Translations under genes and position numbers: made by a program
Shown: positions 19,535 to 27,901 of the stretch, in pieces
How positions within the stretch are numbered: the stretch's first letter is position 1
How the letters are laid out: every line of letters starts with the position of its first letter
The notes under the pieces: generated by a model
What the model was told of the DNA's origin: nothing
What the model saw: only the letters and a program-made list of their open reading frames with translations
Databases searched by the model: none
DNA from: Dehalococcoidia bacterium
Lineage (GTDB): Bacteria > Chloroflexota > Dehalococcoidia > DSTF01 > JACRBR01
Length of the DNA: 64,000 nt
Direction: 5' to 3'
Assembly (NCBI GenBank): GCA_041494685.1
Contig: JBGQBE010000008.1
Span: 21,241-85,240, forward strand

Positions 19535-20243
19535 ATGGTCAGCATCTCGCGTGGCTGTGTGTCGAGGGGGCCCGGTTTCGGCAAAGTAGCGACGGTAGCG
19601 TCGGTAGCGTCGGCGCGAACATGGCGCAGCGGCTTCAGCCCGTCGCTACCGACGCTACCGTCGCTAGTCTCGGAAGACACGGGGCGCATGGTGATCACGA
19701 TGGTCCGCGCGTCGCCCCGAGCCTGCTGGATGTAGATGCCAAGGTCCGCGAGGTTGCTACGGACCTCGTTGAGCCTGCGTGTGAGGATGTGGGGCGCTCC
19801 GGGCCACCCCTTCGCGTCGACCTTGCCGTTCGCGCTCCGCCGGAACAGACGGGCCGCTTCGCCAGCGGTTTCCAGGGCGCCGAGCAGCTCTGCGGGCGTC
19901 CCGACCCATTCGTCGCGGTCGCTCATCAACTGAAGCACAGCGGCCCCAACGACGTGCCCCTGGACGGCGCGCCGTCTGGGCGCTGACATTGCCGGAGTAT
20001 GCGGCGAGGAACTCCTCGGCCGAGTGCCCCAGGGCGATCGCGATCGCGGCGCCGAAGCGCGTGTAGTCCGCCATGCGCGGGCACCTTCTGCTGGTTCTGC
20101 CCGAAGCCGAGGTCCTTCAACTCCTGCTTCTTCTCGACGGTGCGGTAGCCACGGCGTTCTATGACCGCTGGCGCGATACCGGAGCTAACCACGAGAACGT
20201 GGCGATGCGGCGCGGAGAGGACGGGGGCATTCGGTGCCGTCAT
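19531..20243 (-). pseudogene. Remnants of a primase/helicase-type replication gene: DUF3854-like N-terminus joined to a C-terminal tail across three frames
   Basis: Three overlapping ORFs in different frames (19926-20243, 19757-20074, 19531-19989). VVSSGIAPAVIERRGYRTV...LKDLGF resembles DUF3854 N-termini. The central catalytic region is absent. Confidence 0.45.
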
Positions 20244-20425
20244 GCCGCACCTCCGTCATTCTGTTGGCGGAGGTGTCGCACGAACTCGTGGAGATCCGCG
20301 AACAGAATGCGGCGCGCTCCACCGATCTTCAGGGATGGCAGGTCGCCGGTTTGGATGAACCGACATGTCAGGGATCGTCCGAGCCCGAGTCTGCGGGCTG
20401 CTTCATTCACGGTGAGCAGAATCAT
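20240..20425 (-). CDS. xis: Excisionase-family HTH DNA-binding protein
   Basis: MILLTVNEAARRLGLGRSLTCRFIQTGDLPSLKIGGARRI is the typical excisionase/MerR-like HTH. Confidence 0.7.
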   Translation of the reverse strand: MILLTVNEAARRLGLGRSLTCRFIQTGDLPSLKIGGARRILFADLHEFVRHLRQQNDGGAA

Positions 20426-20442
20426 TCACGGTGATCAGAATC
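20405..20442. repeat. 19-bp tandem duplication (ATTCACGGTGA[G/T]CAGAATC x2) at the 5' end of xis
   Basis: Units at 20405-20423 and 20424-20442 differ at one base. The junction creates the ATG now used by the xis ORF. The upstream ATG at 20453 (MSDEILITVN) now runs into a stop. Confidence 0.85.
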
Positions 20443-20928
20443 TCGTCAGACATCGGAGCGGAGCCCTTCAGGCGACTCGTCTCCGGATTCGATCCGGAAC
20501 AGGCGATCGAAGTCGTCGATGCGCAAGAACCGCGCTCGCGCCGGCGCGTGGACCTGACGCGGGCAGGATTGGCGGCGCTCCGCCAGCACCGGGCGAGACA
20601 GACTGAAGAGCGGCCGGGCCTGGGCGCCGCATGGCAGAAGAGCGACATGGTGTTCACGGACGAGGCCGGGAAGCCGATAGACGTCACGAAGTTCCTGCGG
20701 AACTCGTTCGCGCCGCTACTCAAACGCGCCGGCCTGCCGCCGATGCGGTTCCATGACCTTCGCCACACCGTCGCGACCCTCCTCCTCGGCCGCGGCATCC
20801 ACGCCAAGATCGTCTCGGAGATGCTGGGCCACAGCCAGATCGGCATCACGCTCGATCTCTACAGCCACGTCACGCCGACGATGCAGCGCGAGGCGACGGC
20901 CGCGATGGACGCGATCGTCGGCGGGTGA
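20431..20928 (+). pseudogene. 5'-truncated tyrosine recombinase (C-terminal catalytic part only)
   Basis: MRFHDLRHTVATLLLGRGIHAKIVSEMLGHSQIGITLDLYSHV contains the HxxR and Y catalytic boxes. The N-terminal arm/SAM domains and the first Arg box are missing. Confidence 0.8.
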
Positions 20929-21010
20929 GGTGCTCAGACTGGCCAACCGCCGTTGCGGCGTCAACGGACGGCAGCGCGGAGCCGTCGCCCGCGCGTATCG
21001 AGGACCTAGG

Positions 21011-21979
21011 TTATCCGTCCTCTGCGCCAAACTCGCGGTAAATGGTGGCGAGCACGTCTCCAAATGCAGCGGCTATGTTGCCGCGATCGAAGCGGATCTG
21101 CTGCAGCCCGGCTATGTTGCTGAACTCACCACAGCCTCGTTCTAGGAGCACGATCGCCTTCTCAAACCCAATCCGGCCTTGGAAGAGACCCGTTTCGTGG
21201 ATCACGTTGAGTCGAGCGTGCGAGTCTCCGGAAGCATCAATGTCTTCCGCCGTATGAACCAGCAGAGCGAAAGATGCTGTATTCGCCAGCTGCTCGAGGA
21301 TCTTGATCGCGGTGTAGCCGGCGCGGGCCCCCGTCTCATAAGCGGAAACCCGAAAGCCGTGCTGGTCCGTCAGATGGCTCTTGAGGTCCTGCCATTGGCG
21401 GTCACGGCCGTGTCCGATGAAGATGGTCAAGTCTCGCTTCAGATTGCTCTTGACGGTGTCGATCGGGAGCAAGCATCGGTCGACAGCGGAATCGAACACA
21501 GCGATGACGCCCTTCGTGTCCGCGTCGCTCCTCATTTTGACCGTGACCTCCGTGTTTTGGTGGGAGGCCGTGAACTCTAGCGTTTCGTAGTTGTGAGCAG
21601 CGCTGAGCGACATGGTGGCGAGGTCGCAGGGCGCATGCCCGTAGTCGACGAGGAACTCGGACAATGTCTCGGGCCACCACCGCTCATCTCCGACGCTGAT
21701 CATCGCGTCTTTGAGCGCGTAACCTTCGGGGTGGGCCCAGACGTTGAAGTCGTACGTCCTCTGCCTGTGAAGACTGTCCTCCTCGAGAGGGCGCTCGCCG
21801 ATCTCCAACATGGTACGCCACGTCTCCACGGCGTTACGGATGACGTCGGGAGTGAATCGGACGTTTCGATAGATGTGCTGCCGTCTCACCGTGATCCCAA
21901 CGAAGTTAATCGGAGCCCGGTCCCGCGGGCATGATAGCAGTAGGGCTGAGCGCTTCGAATTGTCCATGCGCGTCCACAA
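21011..21979 (-). CDS. Protein with an unknown N-domain and a C-terminal TIR-like (Cap12/pfam10137-type) domain
   Basis: The C-terminus TIFIGHGRDRQW...FALLVHTAEDID...ARLNVIHETGLFQGRIGFEKAIVLLERG...SNIAGLQQIRF follows the FIxHGxD...TxDD...ARxNVxxExGxFxG pattern of the bacterial TIR-like family. Confidence 0.65.
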   Translation of the reverse strand: MWTRMDNSKRSALLLSCPRDRAPINFVGITVRRQHIYRNVRFTPDVIRNAVETWRTMLEIGERPLEEDSLHRQRTYDFNVWAHPEGYALKDAMISVGDERWWPETLSEFLVDYGHAPCDLATMSLSAAHNYETLEFTASHQNTEVTVKMRSDADTKGVIAVFDSAVDRCLLPIDTVKSNLKRDLTIFIGHGRDRQWQDLKSHLTDQHGFRVSAYETGARAGYTAIKILEQLANTASFALLVHTAEDIDASGDSHARLNVIHETGLFQGRIGFEKAIVLLERGCGEFSNIAGLQQIRFDRGNIAAAFGDVLATIYREFGAEDG

Positions 21980-22071
21980 GAGTCCGTATTGGTTGCTGTC
22001 AGCGTTGCTGTCAAACCGAGTGCAAACGGCTCGATGGCGAGCAGAACTCAGCCCGATCTAGGTTCAGAATT

Positions 22072-22128
22072 GGTGCCGAAGGTGGGATTCGAACCCACAT
22101 GACCGTTGCCGGCCAACGGTTTTTGAGT
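22072..22128 (-). other. Partial tRNA-Leu copy, 3' half from the anticodon loop to CCA (attR-type island boundary)
   Basis: The 57 nt match 39444-39500 except at 3 positions. Two of the three differences are compensatory within the variable-arm stem. Confidence 0.85.
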
Positions 22129-22228
22129 TCAGCCAGCTTCGTCCCAACTGGTCCCAACAACTGCCGTCAGGACTCGATTCGTACTTGATTTCGGTGCCTA
22201 CGTTGCGTTGCGTGCCGTCATTTCGCGG

Positions 22229-22265
22229 TTGTTCACAACAAGAGCGTGAACAAAAGGTGAACAAA
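22229..22265 (+). promoter_or_regulatory. Candidate integrase arm-type sites (GTGAACAA x3: one inverted, two direct at 11-bp spacing)
   Basis: TTGTTCAC at 22229-22236, GTGAACAAAAG at 22246 and GTGAACAAACG at 22257. The same tandem motif occurs at 39369-39388 at the other island end. Confidence 0.5.
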
Positions 22266-22460
22266 CGCCCGCAGCGCTGTCCAGCGTGTTCGCCCCGCGA
22301 TACCCGTCTAAGATGGGGCTTCGAAATCCGACGGGAGGAGGTTCAAACCCCGCCGGTCATGCCACCGCCTCCGCTGAAAGCGGTATTCTGGCGTGCCACT
22401 GTTTCGCTCGATGTCGCGGCGCGAAATTCGCCGACAACCTTTGCCGTGAGGTGGAAGAGA

Positions 22461-23801
22461 ATGAGCTCCGTCGTTCTCACCCATTGGGATGGCGATGCAT
22501 TCCCCTTCACAGGAACGCCTGATCAAGTTGCTAGTCAAGTCCTCTCCGAACTCGTGTTCGCTTGCCTGCTGAACGAGCACGTCCTGATCAAGGACGTGGA
22601 CCTGGCGATGACGCCAGAGATCCAACACATCGTTACACACCCCCGCCATTCTCAGGTCCTGCGCGAACTCTGCGAGAGTGGCGCTCTCGTCCTAAATCGG
22701 ATGCCAGCAGACCACTACCAGGATGATGACCTGCGCCAGCAGAGCGCGATACATCCACTCCTTTCTCGCGCGATGAATCTTCAGCGGAACAGCACATTGC
22801 GGTCCGCGAAATGGATCATGCCGCCAGACCTCCGCAACGTGTGTGACATCGTCGATGGCTGGGTGGCCGGAGGCGTCCTTCGCGCTCGGTTCCAGGTCGG
22901 TGTCATCAGCATTGCTGAGACCTTCCCGCGCGAGTTCGCAGCAACGATGGGGGCGGCCGATACGCTAGAGAACCGCGATGACTATCCCGGACTCACGAAG
23001 GAAACTCTTCGAGCGTTTGAACAATTCGCACTCGATCCTGAGCGCGCGAACGATGTCCTGCGACGTAGAGGTCTGCTTGAACGTGAGCAACAGCAATTCA
23101 CTCGGTCGCTCCTCTATCAGTTGACTGAACTCGAGGAATATCGGCGTGAACAGGCGAGTTTACGCTCGCTGGGCCAGTCGATCTTTGCGAGTGTCTATTG
23201 CGCATCCGAGAACGCCGAGGGACGATGGGGCGAAAAACTGCCTGAGCGCCCACTGCTTGGGCCGCGGATTACCGGTCCGACGCACGAACGCATCATCTAC
23301 GAACCCGTCTTGACTTCACCCGTTGCGCTTGGCCCCGGCATAGGGCTGGCTGTCAAGACAGCCAGAGACACCGACGCCTTCGTCGAGTTGGTGAGAGCGC
23401 TAAACGGCCGTCAGGTGGGTAGTTCACTGCGCAAGACATTTGAAGGCGTAGTGCGAGTTTTCGTTGACGCGCTTCCGGCGGCCCCCGAGAAGAGCATTCT
23501 TGCTGGACCAGTTTGGGTGTTCGCCGAGGCCGCCAGCGTGGCAGCCGGGACGCTCGGTCTTGTTCTGCAACAAAGAGGAGCAGATCAACCAGCGGTGTTG
23601 GGGAGCGGGGCAGCGGCGCTATTCATACGGGCAGCGAAAGTGACCGACGAGCTGGTCTCGTGGCTGGCCGATCAACGTTGGCGAACTAGGCTGACGCATC
23701 GGTACTCCGACGTTCTTTCAGTCCGGTATGCTCGTATTCCACTCCTCACGATCCCTCCGGCTGACGCGCCGACTTTGAGAGAGCAAACCGATCCTAGCTA
23801 A
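22461..23801 (+). CDS. Hypothetical protein with C-terminal hydrophobic (TM-like) segments
   Basis: Probable start at ATG 22461 (MSSVVLTHWDG). C-terminal hydrophobic segments are ILAGPVWVFAEAASVAAGTLGLVL and AVLGSGAAALFI. No known domain recognised. Confidence 0.5.
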   Translation: MSSVVLTHWDGDAFPFTGTPDQVASQVLSELVFACLLNEHVLIKDVDLAMTPEIQHIVTHPRHSQVLRELCESGALVLNRMPADHYQDDDLRQQSAIHPLLSRAMNLQRNSTLRSAKWIMPPDLRNVCDIVDGWVAGGVLRARFQVGVISIAETFPREFAATMGAADTLENRDDYPGLTKETLRAFEQFALDPERANDVLRRRGLLEREQQQFTRSLLYQLTELEEYRREQASLRSLGQSIFASVYCASENAEGRWGEKLPERPLLGPRITGPTHERIIYEPVLTSPVALGPGIGLAVKTARDTDAFVELVRALNGRQVGSSLRKTFEGVVRVFVDALPAAPEKSILAGPVWVFAEAASVAAGTLGLVLQQRGADQPAVLGSGAAALFIRAAKVTDELVSWLADQRWRTRLTHRYSDVLSVRYARIPLLTIPPADAPTLREQTDPS

Positions 23802-24090
23802 GGTGCTGCGACTTCGAATGCGAAGGTCCACCCCCAACTGCCGATGGCAGGTTGCGCTGTGCCGTCTGGCCGCAACTCACAACGGGCGGCGCTCCGATGA
23901 AGCGCCGGGCGGGGAACCTGACAGACTCGTTCAACCTTCGTCAGGTTGACTTCGATGCGAGTGCCCTTGGACGGTCAGTAGTCGTTAGCCCGCTTGACGA
24001 ATTCATCCAGCTTCGAAGCGGAGTCGCGATTGCTGTGGAGGATCCCGCATCGTTGAGGGCCCGCGCCAGTGCTTCAGCACCCCCCGAACT

Positions 24091-24498
24091 CTACGGCGAC
24101 GTCGGGCGATAGATCTGCAGCTCGGGGATATCGGTGTAGTCGGGCAGATTTCTTGTGACGAGCGTCAGGCCATGCTCGATGGCCGTGGATGCGATGATCA
24201 GGTCGAAGGCGCGGCTGTTGACGCGCTTGCCGGTCTGCTTGAGGGCGTGTCGCACGGCCGCGCAACGACGGGCCACTGATCTGGAAAGTGGGAGGAGCGG
24301 GATGGCGTCCAGCAGGGCGTCCAAGTGACGTTCGCTGGCCGGTCGATCCTCGCTCCTCAGGACGCCCTGATAGAGCTCAAGGTAAGTGATGATGCTGACG
24401 GCGATCCCTTCTGACGAGAGTGTGTCAAGCAGAGCTGCCGCCTCGGGGACGTCATCGAGGCGGTCGATCATCCAGTCCGTATCGATCAAATACGGCAT
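24091..24498 (-). CDS. vapC: VapC-type PIN-domain toxin
   Basis: MPYLIDTDWMID...SIITYLELYQG...FDLIIASTAIEHGLTLVTRN shows the PIN acidic residues. Confidence 0.85.
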   Translation of the reverse strand: MPYLIDTDWMIDRLDDVPEAAALLDTLSSEGIAVSIITYLELYQGVLRSEDRPASERHLDALLDAIPLLPLSRSVARRCAAVRHALKQTGKRVNSRAFDLIIASTAIEHGLTLVTRNLPDYTDIPELQIYRPTSP

Positions 24499-24501
24499 TC
24501 G

Positions 24502-24816
24502 TCAGTCAGGTCGTCCGGCGCTAGCTTGCCCGCGGGCCTCATGGATATCACGGAGAAGCTCCTCGCGGTCGACGCCGGCCAGCGCACCGACGCCGGCACG
24601 TAGCGCCGCGCGCGCTCGCTGCGGATCATAGTTGACCCAGAGATCAGCGTCGCGGTCGTAATCGATGGCCGCGTAGTCCTCGGGGCTGAGGAGCACGGCA
24701 ATGGTCTCACCGTCACGTACAAGGAGCCTCGGCGCTCTGTCAGCGATCACGCCGTCCACCGCCCGGTGCAGGTCCTGATCCTTCTCGATTCTGATCTTCC
24801 GAGGATGTCTGAGCAT
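24502..24816 (-). CDS. Antitoxin (Phd/YefM-like) paired with vapC
   Basis: Lies 3 nt upstream of vapC. LLVRDGETIAVLLSPEDY is the typical Phd/YefM N-terminal pattern. Confidence 0.7.
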   Translation of the reverse strand: MLRHPRKIRIEKDQDLHRAVDGVIADRAPRLLVRDGETIAVLLSPEDYAAIDYDRDADLWVNYDPQRARAALRAGVGALAGVDREELLRDIHEARGQASAGRPD

Positions 24817-25154
24817 GGCGCCGTTACCTCCTTTCGATGTACCTCTTCACCGGCACCCGCCGCGACAATGCTGACGCGCCGGATCACTGCTGGTTCTCCG
24901 CGTCATTGTACTACTCGGGTCAACGATCAAGCTTGGGTCGATGGGCGTTCGCGGAACCCGGGTCCCGGTTCCTGAGCGGTGTCGCTGTCACTCGAGGTTC
25001 ACCGGCGCATCCAGTTGACACGCTGTGCGGTAGGTCGGGTTGCGGAACGTTAAGCCGCGCCTGGAGGGGTAGCAAGAGATCGGCCTGCATTCGAGCGGGC
25101 GGTACCTGTCGCGGCTTGACGGGCTATCATGGCCTCTGAAGGAGGTGTCCCGCT

Positions 25155-25676
25155 GTGCCAAGACCGACCCCCGCCCCATCACCCACGTTCATGGATCCGG
25201 CGTTGCTGCCCTGGGCGCTGATCAGCGAAGTCCATTGGATGTCCTGGAAGCTTCTTGAACGCCGCCTCTATCATCTCGGCGTCTCGGCTTCACAGGCGCG
25301 CGTGCTCACGGTGCTCTACTACTCGGACGCGCCGATCAAGCCGAGCGCCGTGGCGACGCTCCTGTTCCAGGAGACGCAGAGCATCACTGGCATCCTCCAT
25401 CGCATCGAGGCGCGCGGCTGGGTACAGCGGACACCGGACCCGAATGACCGCCGGGCGGTCGGGCTGGGACTGACGGGTGACGGACGCAAGCTCACGGCAG
25501 AGATCGTCGAGATCTCGAAAGAACTCTACGCGGAGCTCTTTGCGTCCGCGCTGACGACCGCGGACAAGCGCCAGCTTGAAACCCTTCTCAAGAAGGTGCG
25601 GGCCTTGGGCTTCAAGTTGCCGGAGACCGACTTCAAACTCCGGCGCGCGCAGCAGTACGCGATCTGGAAGGACTAG
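25155..25676 (+). CDS. MarR-family transcriptional regulator
   Basis: GTG start 9 nt after GAAGGAGG. Winged-HTH pattern: LFQETQSITGILHRIEARGWVQRTPDPNDRRAVGLGLTGDG. Confidence 0.85.
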   Translation: MPRPTPAPSPTFMDPALLPWALISEVHWMSWKLLERRLYHLGVSASQARVLTVLYYSDAPIKPSAVATLLFQETQSITGILHRIEARGWVQRTPDPNDRRAVGLGLTGDGRKLTAEIVEISKELYAELFASALTTADKRQLETLLKKVRALGFKLPETDFKLRRAQQYAIWKD

Positions 25677-26152
25677 CACCGGCGCAGTCGGTGCACCAGT
25701 TCGTGTTGAGGGACAGCTCTGTTGCGCGACGTACGTCGCGCTGACGGGCCCGAGCTTCGCGTTGGCGGTCGTCTCGACGGCCTACGCCGCCGCCAGCGGG
25801 CCTCAGGCTTCCGGCAACAGCCAACGAAGGATCCGCGTTGACGCTGGCCACCGACGAAGAGATCGACGACGACTGACAGCGCGCCCGGAATGCGGCGCGC
25901 GAAGGCAGGACGCTGGCGTGGAACGCGTGTGTATCTTGTGAGGGAAGGACGCCACGGGCGACGACGATGAACAGCCGTTCGACAACGGCTGGATCGATGC
26001 GCTGCGCATGTTCCTGGTCCAGTTCCCGCTTTCGACGAAGCCGCGAATCCTGCGAGTGTTGCGGATATGGCTCGCGTGCAACTATACTCGCCTCTGCCTC
26101 CTGCGCGAAGCGTTCGAAGAGGTCACCTGTGGCCTGTAACAACACCCTGAGC

Positions 26153-26365
26153 TTGTCGGAAGCCAACTGGCTGATCGCCTCGGCAAAGGCCCTTGGGCAT
26201 CCAGCGATGCGTGTCGGGGGGACCGTCCACGTCCTGTACCGCGGCTCGTTCGGCGAAGGGCGCTCGGCGGACATTACGGCCGAGGCACGCGAATGGAACG
26301 ACGCTGCCGAGCAACTCGAGCGGGAGGCGGCCGACGAGGAGGAGGGGTCAAGCGATGAGGACTGA
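26153..26365 (+). CDS. Possible small acidic protein (about 70 aa), or the 3' part of a frameshifted gene, directly upstream of the helicase operon
   Basis: High third-position GC in this frame from about 26141. TTG at 26153 or ATG at 26207 could be the start. An adjacent upstream segment (25942-26139) has a coding-like signal in a different frame. Confidence 0.3.
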   Translation: MSEANWLIASAKALGHPAMRVGGTVHVLYRGSFGEGRSADITAEAREWNDAAEQLEREAADEEEGSSDED

Positions 26366-26389
26366 ATCCAGGGTGGCTGCTGCCGCCCG

Positions 26390-27901
26390 ATGACAACCTC
26401 GAAGGATCGCGAAGGTGACTTCGGCGAGCTCGAACAGAGCTTGCAGTTGTCGCTGCCGCAGGATCTGCGGGATCTGTATTGCGGCGCGTTCCCGGCAAAC
26501 GTCTCCGACTTGGTGTATCGGCCAGCGGGCGATCCTGCCAAGCCTCCGCACGTCCTCTGGGCGCTCGACGCAATGCGCCATGGCGCCCAGGCTCCCGATG
26601 CCGATCTGGTTCCGGTTATGCCGGTGGATGATGCGTCGTTCGCGTGCCTCGTGTGTGCGCGAGAGGACGGCGGCGGTCCTGCCGATCTCGGAACGGTTGT
26701 ACGTTGGCATCTCGGCGCCGTGCCGGCGCGGGCACAGCGCCAGATCCTCGACGTCGGGTTGGCTCAGTACGTTGCGACTGCAGCAGCAGACCTGCGCGCG
26801 CGCGGCCCGGGACTGGAGGCGATGAAGCGCATCGCCGCAGCCTTTTCCGTGCACGATGACGATGGCACGAGGGCGAAGCTCTACGAGGTCCGACCGATTC
26901 GGCTCGCTGTTCAGAACGTCGTAATCGGACTCGCCGCCGTGCGCCAAGAATCGACTTATGACGCGCTCGCCGCTGATGCTTGGCAGACTTGCGAAGCGCC
27001 CCACGTGAATGCGCACGAAGGCGCACGGGGCCTTCTCGCGCTGACGCTGACCGAGGCGTTCCGCGCGGGCGGAACGATGGAGATTCGCTTCGACAGGCAC
27101 CCGGAACGGCGCGTGCCGGCGATGATACAGCAGTTCGCCCGTGTTCAGCGCGTGGACTTGGCCATGAGCGATCCTGTCAGCATTGCGCCAGCGGAAGCAC
27201 GGCAGCTGTTCTTCGCGGTTACGCGCGTGCCGGATGTCCTCCGAAGTCGAATAGACATCGCGACGAGGGCGCAGGCGATCACACCCGAACGTGCCTGCTT
27301 TCTGATTCTCGCCAAGATATGGTCGCCCATCGAGATGGACATGATCCTCGGCTTGAGTGAACGCGCGCCCTCGATACTCAAGGGCGGTGCGGATCCGCTC
27401 GAGCGGCTAGCCGCCCAGGCGGAGGGCGATGTCTGTCGCGCTGCCCGGATGATCGGAATGCTCTGGGCAAGGCTTTCGAACGCCGAGACTGAGACAGACT
27501 CAGCGACGAGGTTCATGGAGGATGCTCGAGTGTTGGTCGACTGGGTGATTGACGAGGAAGAAGGCGCGATTGTCTTCACGTCGTCGCGCCCTTGCAGCGT
27601 TCCCTGGGTCGTGTGCGGGCCGCCCGTAGTTGTCCCGGCTGGCGTGCCACTCGTTGTCGTTCCGAGGGCATTCGCGAACGAACAGTCTGCCGCAGTGGCA
27701 GAGCGCGTCGCGAAACGAATCGCTGGTCCGAGCGGAGCGCTCGCGCCGGTTGCCGCGACGCTTCAACCGCGAGACCAGACGTCGACGGCGGCCCGCGACG
27801 GTTCTTCGCCGGTCCTCGAGCTGGTCTGCCCCGATAACTTGGCCGAACTCGATCGCGAAGTGGAGGCCAAGCTTCAGAAGTGCCGGGTCGGACGAGCGTG
27901 A
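26390..27901 (+). CDS. Operon gene 1: SUKH/SMI1-KNR4-like N-domain protein (503 aa)
   Basis: N-terminus LEQSLQLSLPQDLRDLY...LVPVMPVDDASFACLVC...VVRWHLG follows the SMI1/KNR4 (SUKH-1) pattern. About 350 aa of unknown sequence follow. The stop overlaps the next start (TGATG). Confidence 0.6.
   Translation: MTTSKDREGDFGELEQSLQLSLPQDLRDLYCGAFPANVSDLVYRPAGDPAKPPHVLWALDAMRHGAQAPDADLVPVMPVDDASFACLVCAREDGGGPADLGTVVRWHLGAVPARAQRQILDVGLAQYVATAAADLRARGPGLEAMKRIAAAFSVHDDDGTRAKLYEVRPIRLAVQNVVIGLAAVRQESTYDALAADAWQTCEAPHVNAHEGARGLLALTLTEAFRAGGTMEIRFDRHPERRVPAMIQQFARVQRVDLAMSDPVSIAPAEARQLFFAVTRVPDVLRSRIDIATRAQAITPERACFLILAKIWSPIEMDMILGLSERAPSILKGGADPLERLAAQAEGDVCRAARMIGMLWARLSNAETETDSATRFMEDARVLVDWVIDEEEGAIVFTSSRPCSVPWVVCGPPVVVPAGVPLVVVPRAFANEQSAAVAERVAKRIAGPSGALAPVAATLQPRDQTSTAARDGSSPVLELVCPDNLAELDREVEAKLQKCRVGRA

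Noticed and set aside
25633-26541. 302-aa minus-strand ORF between marR and the operon
   Set aside because: Third-position GC bias is stronger in two plus-strand frames over the same DNA. The ORF also overlaps marR and operon gene 1. I keep it as unresolved rather than calling it.
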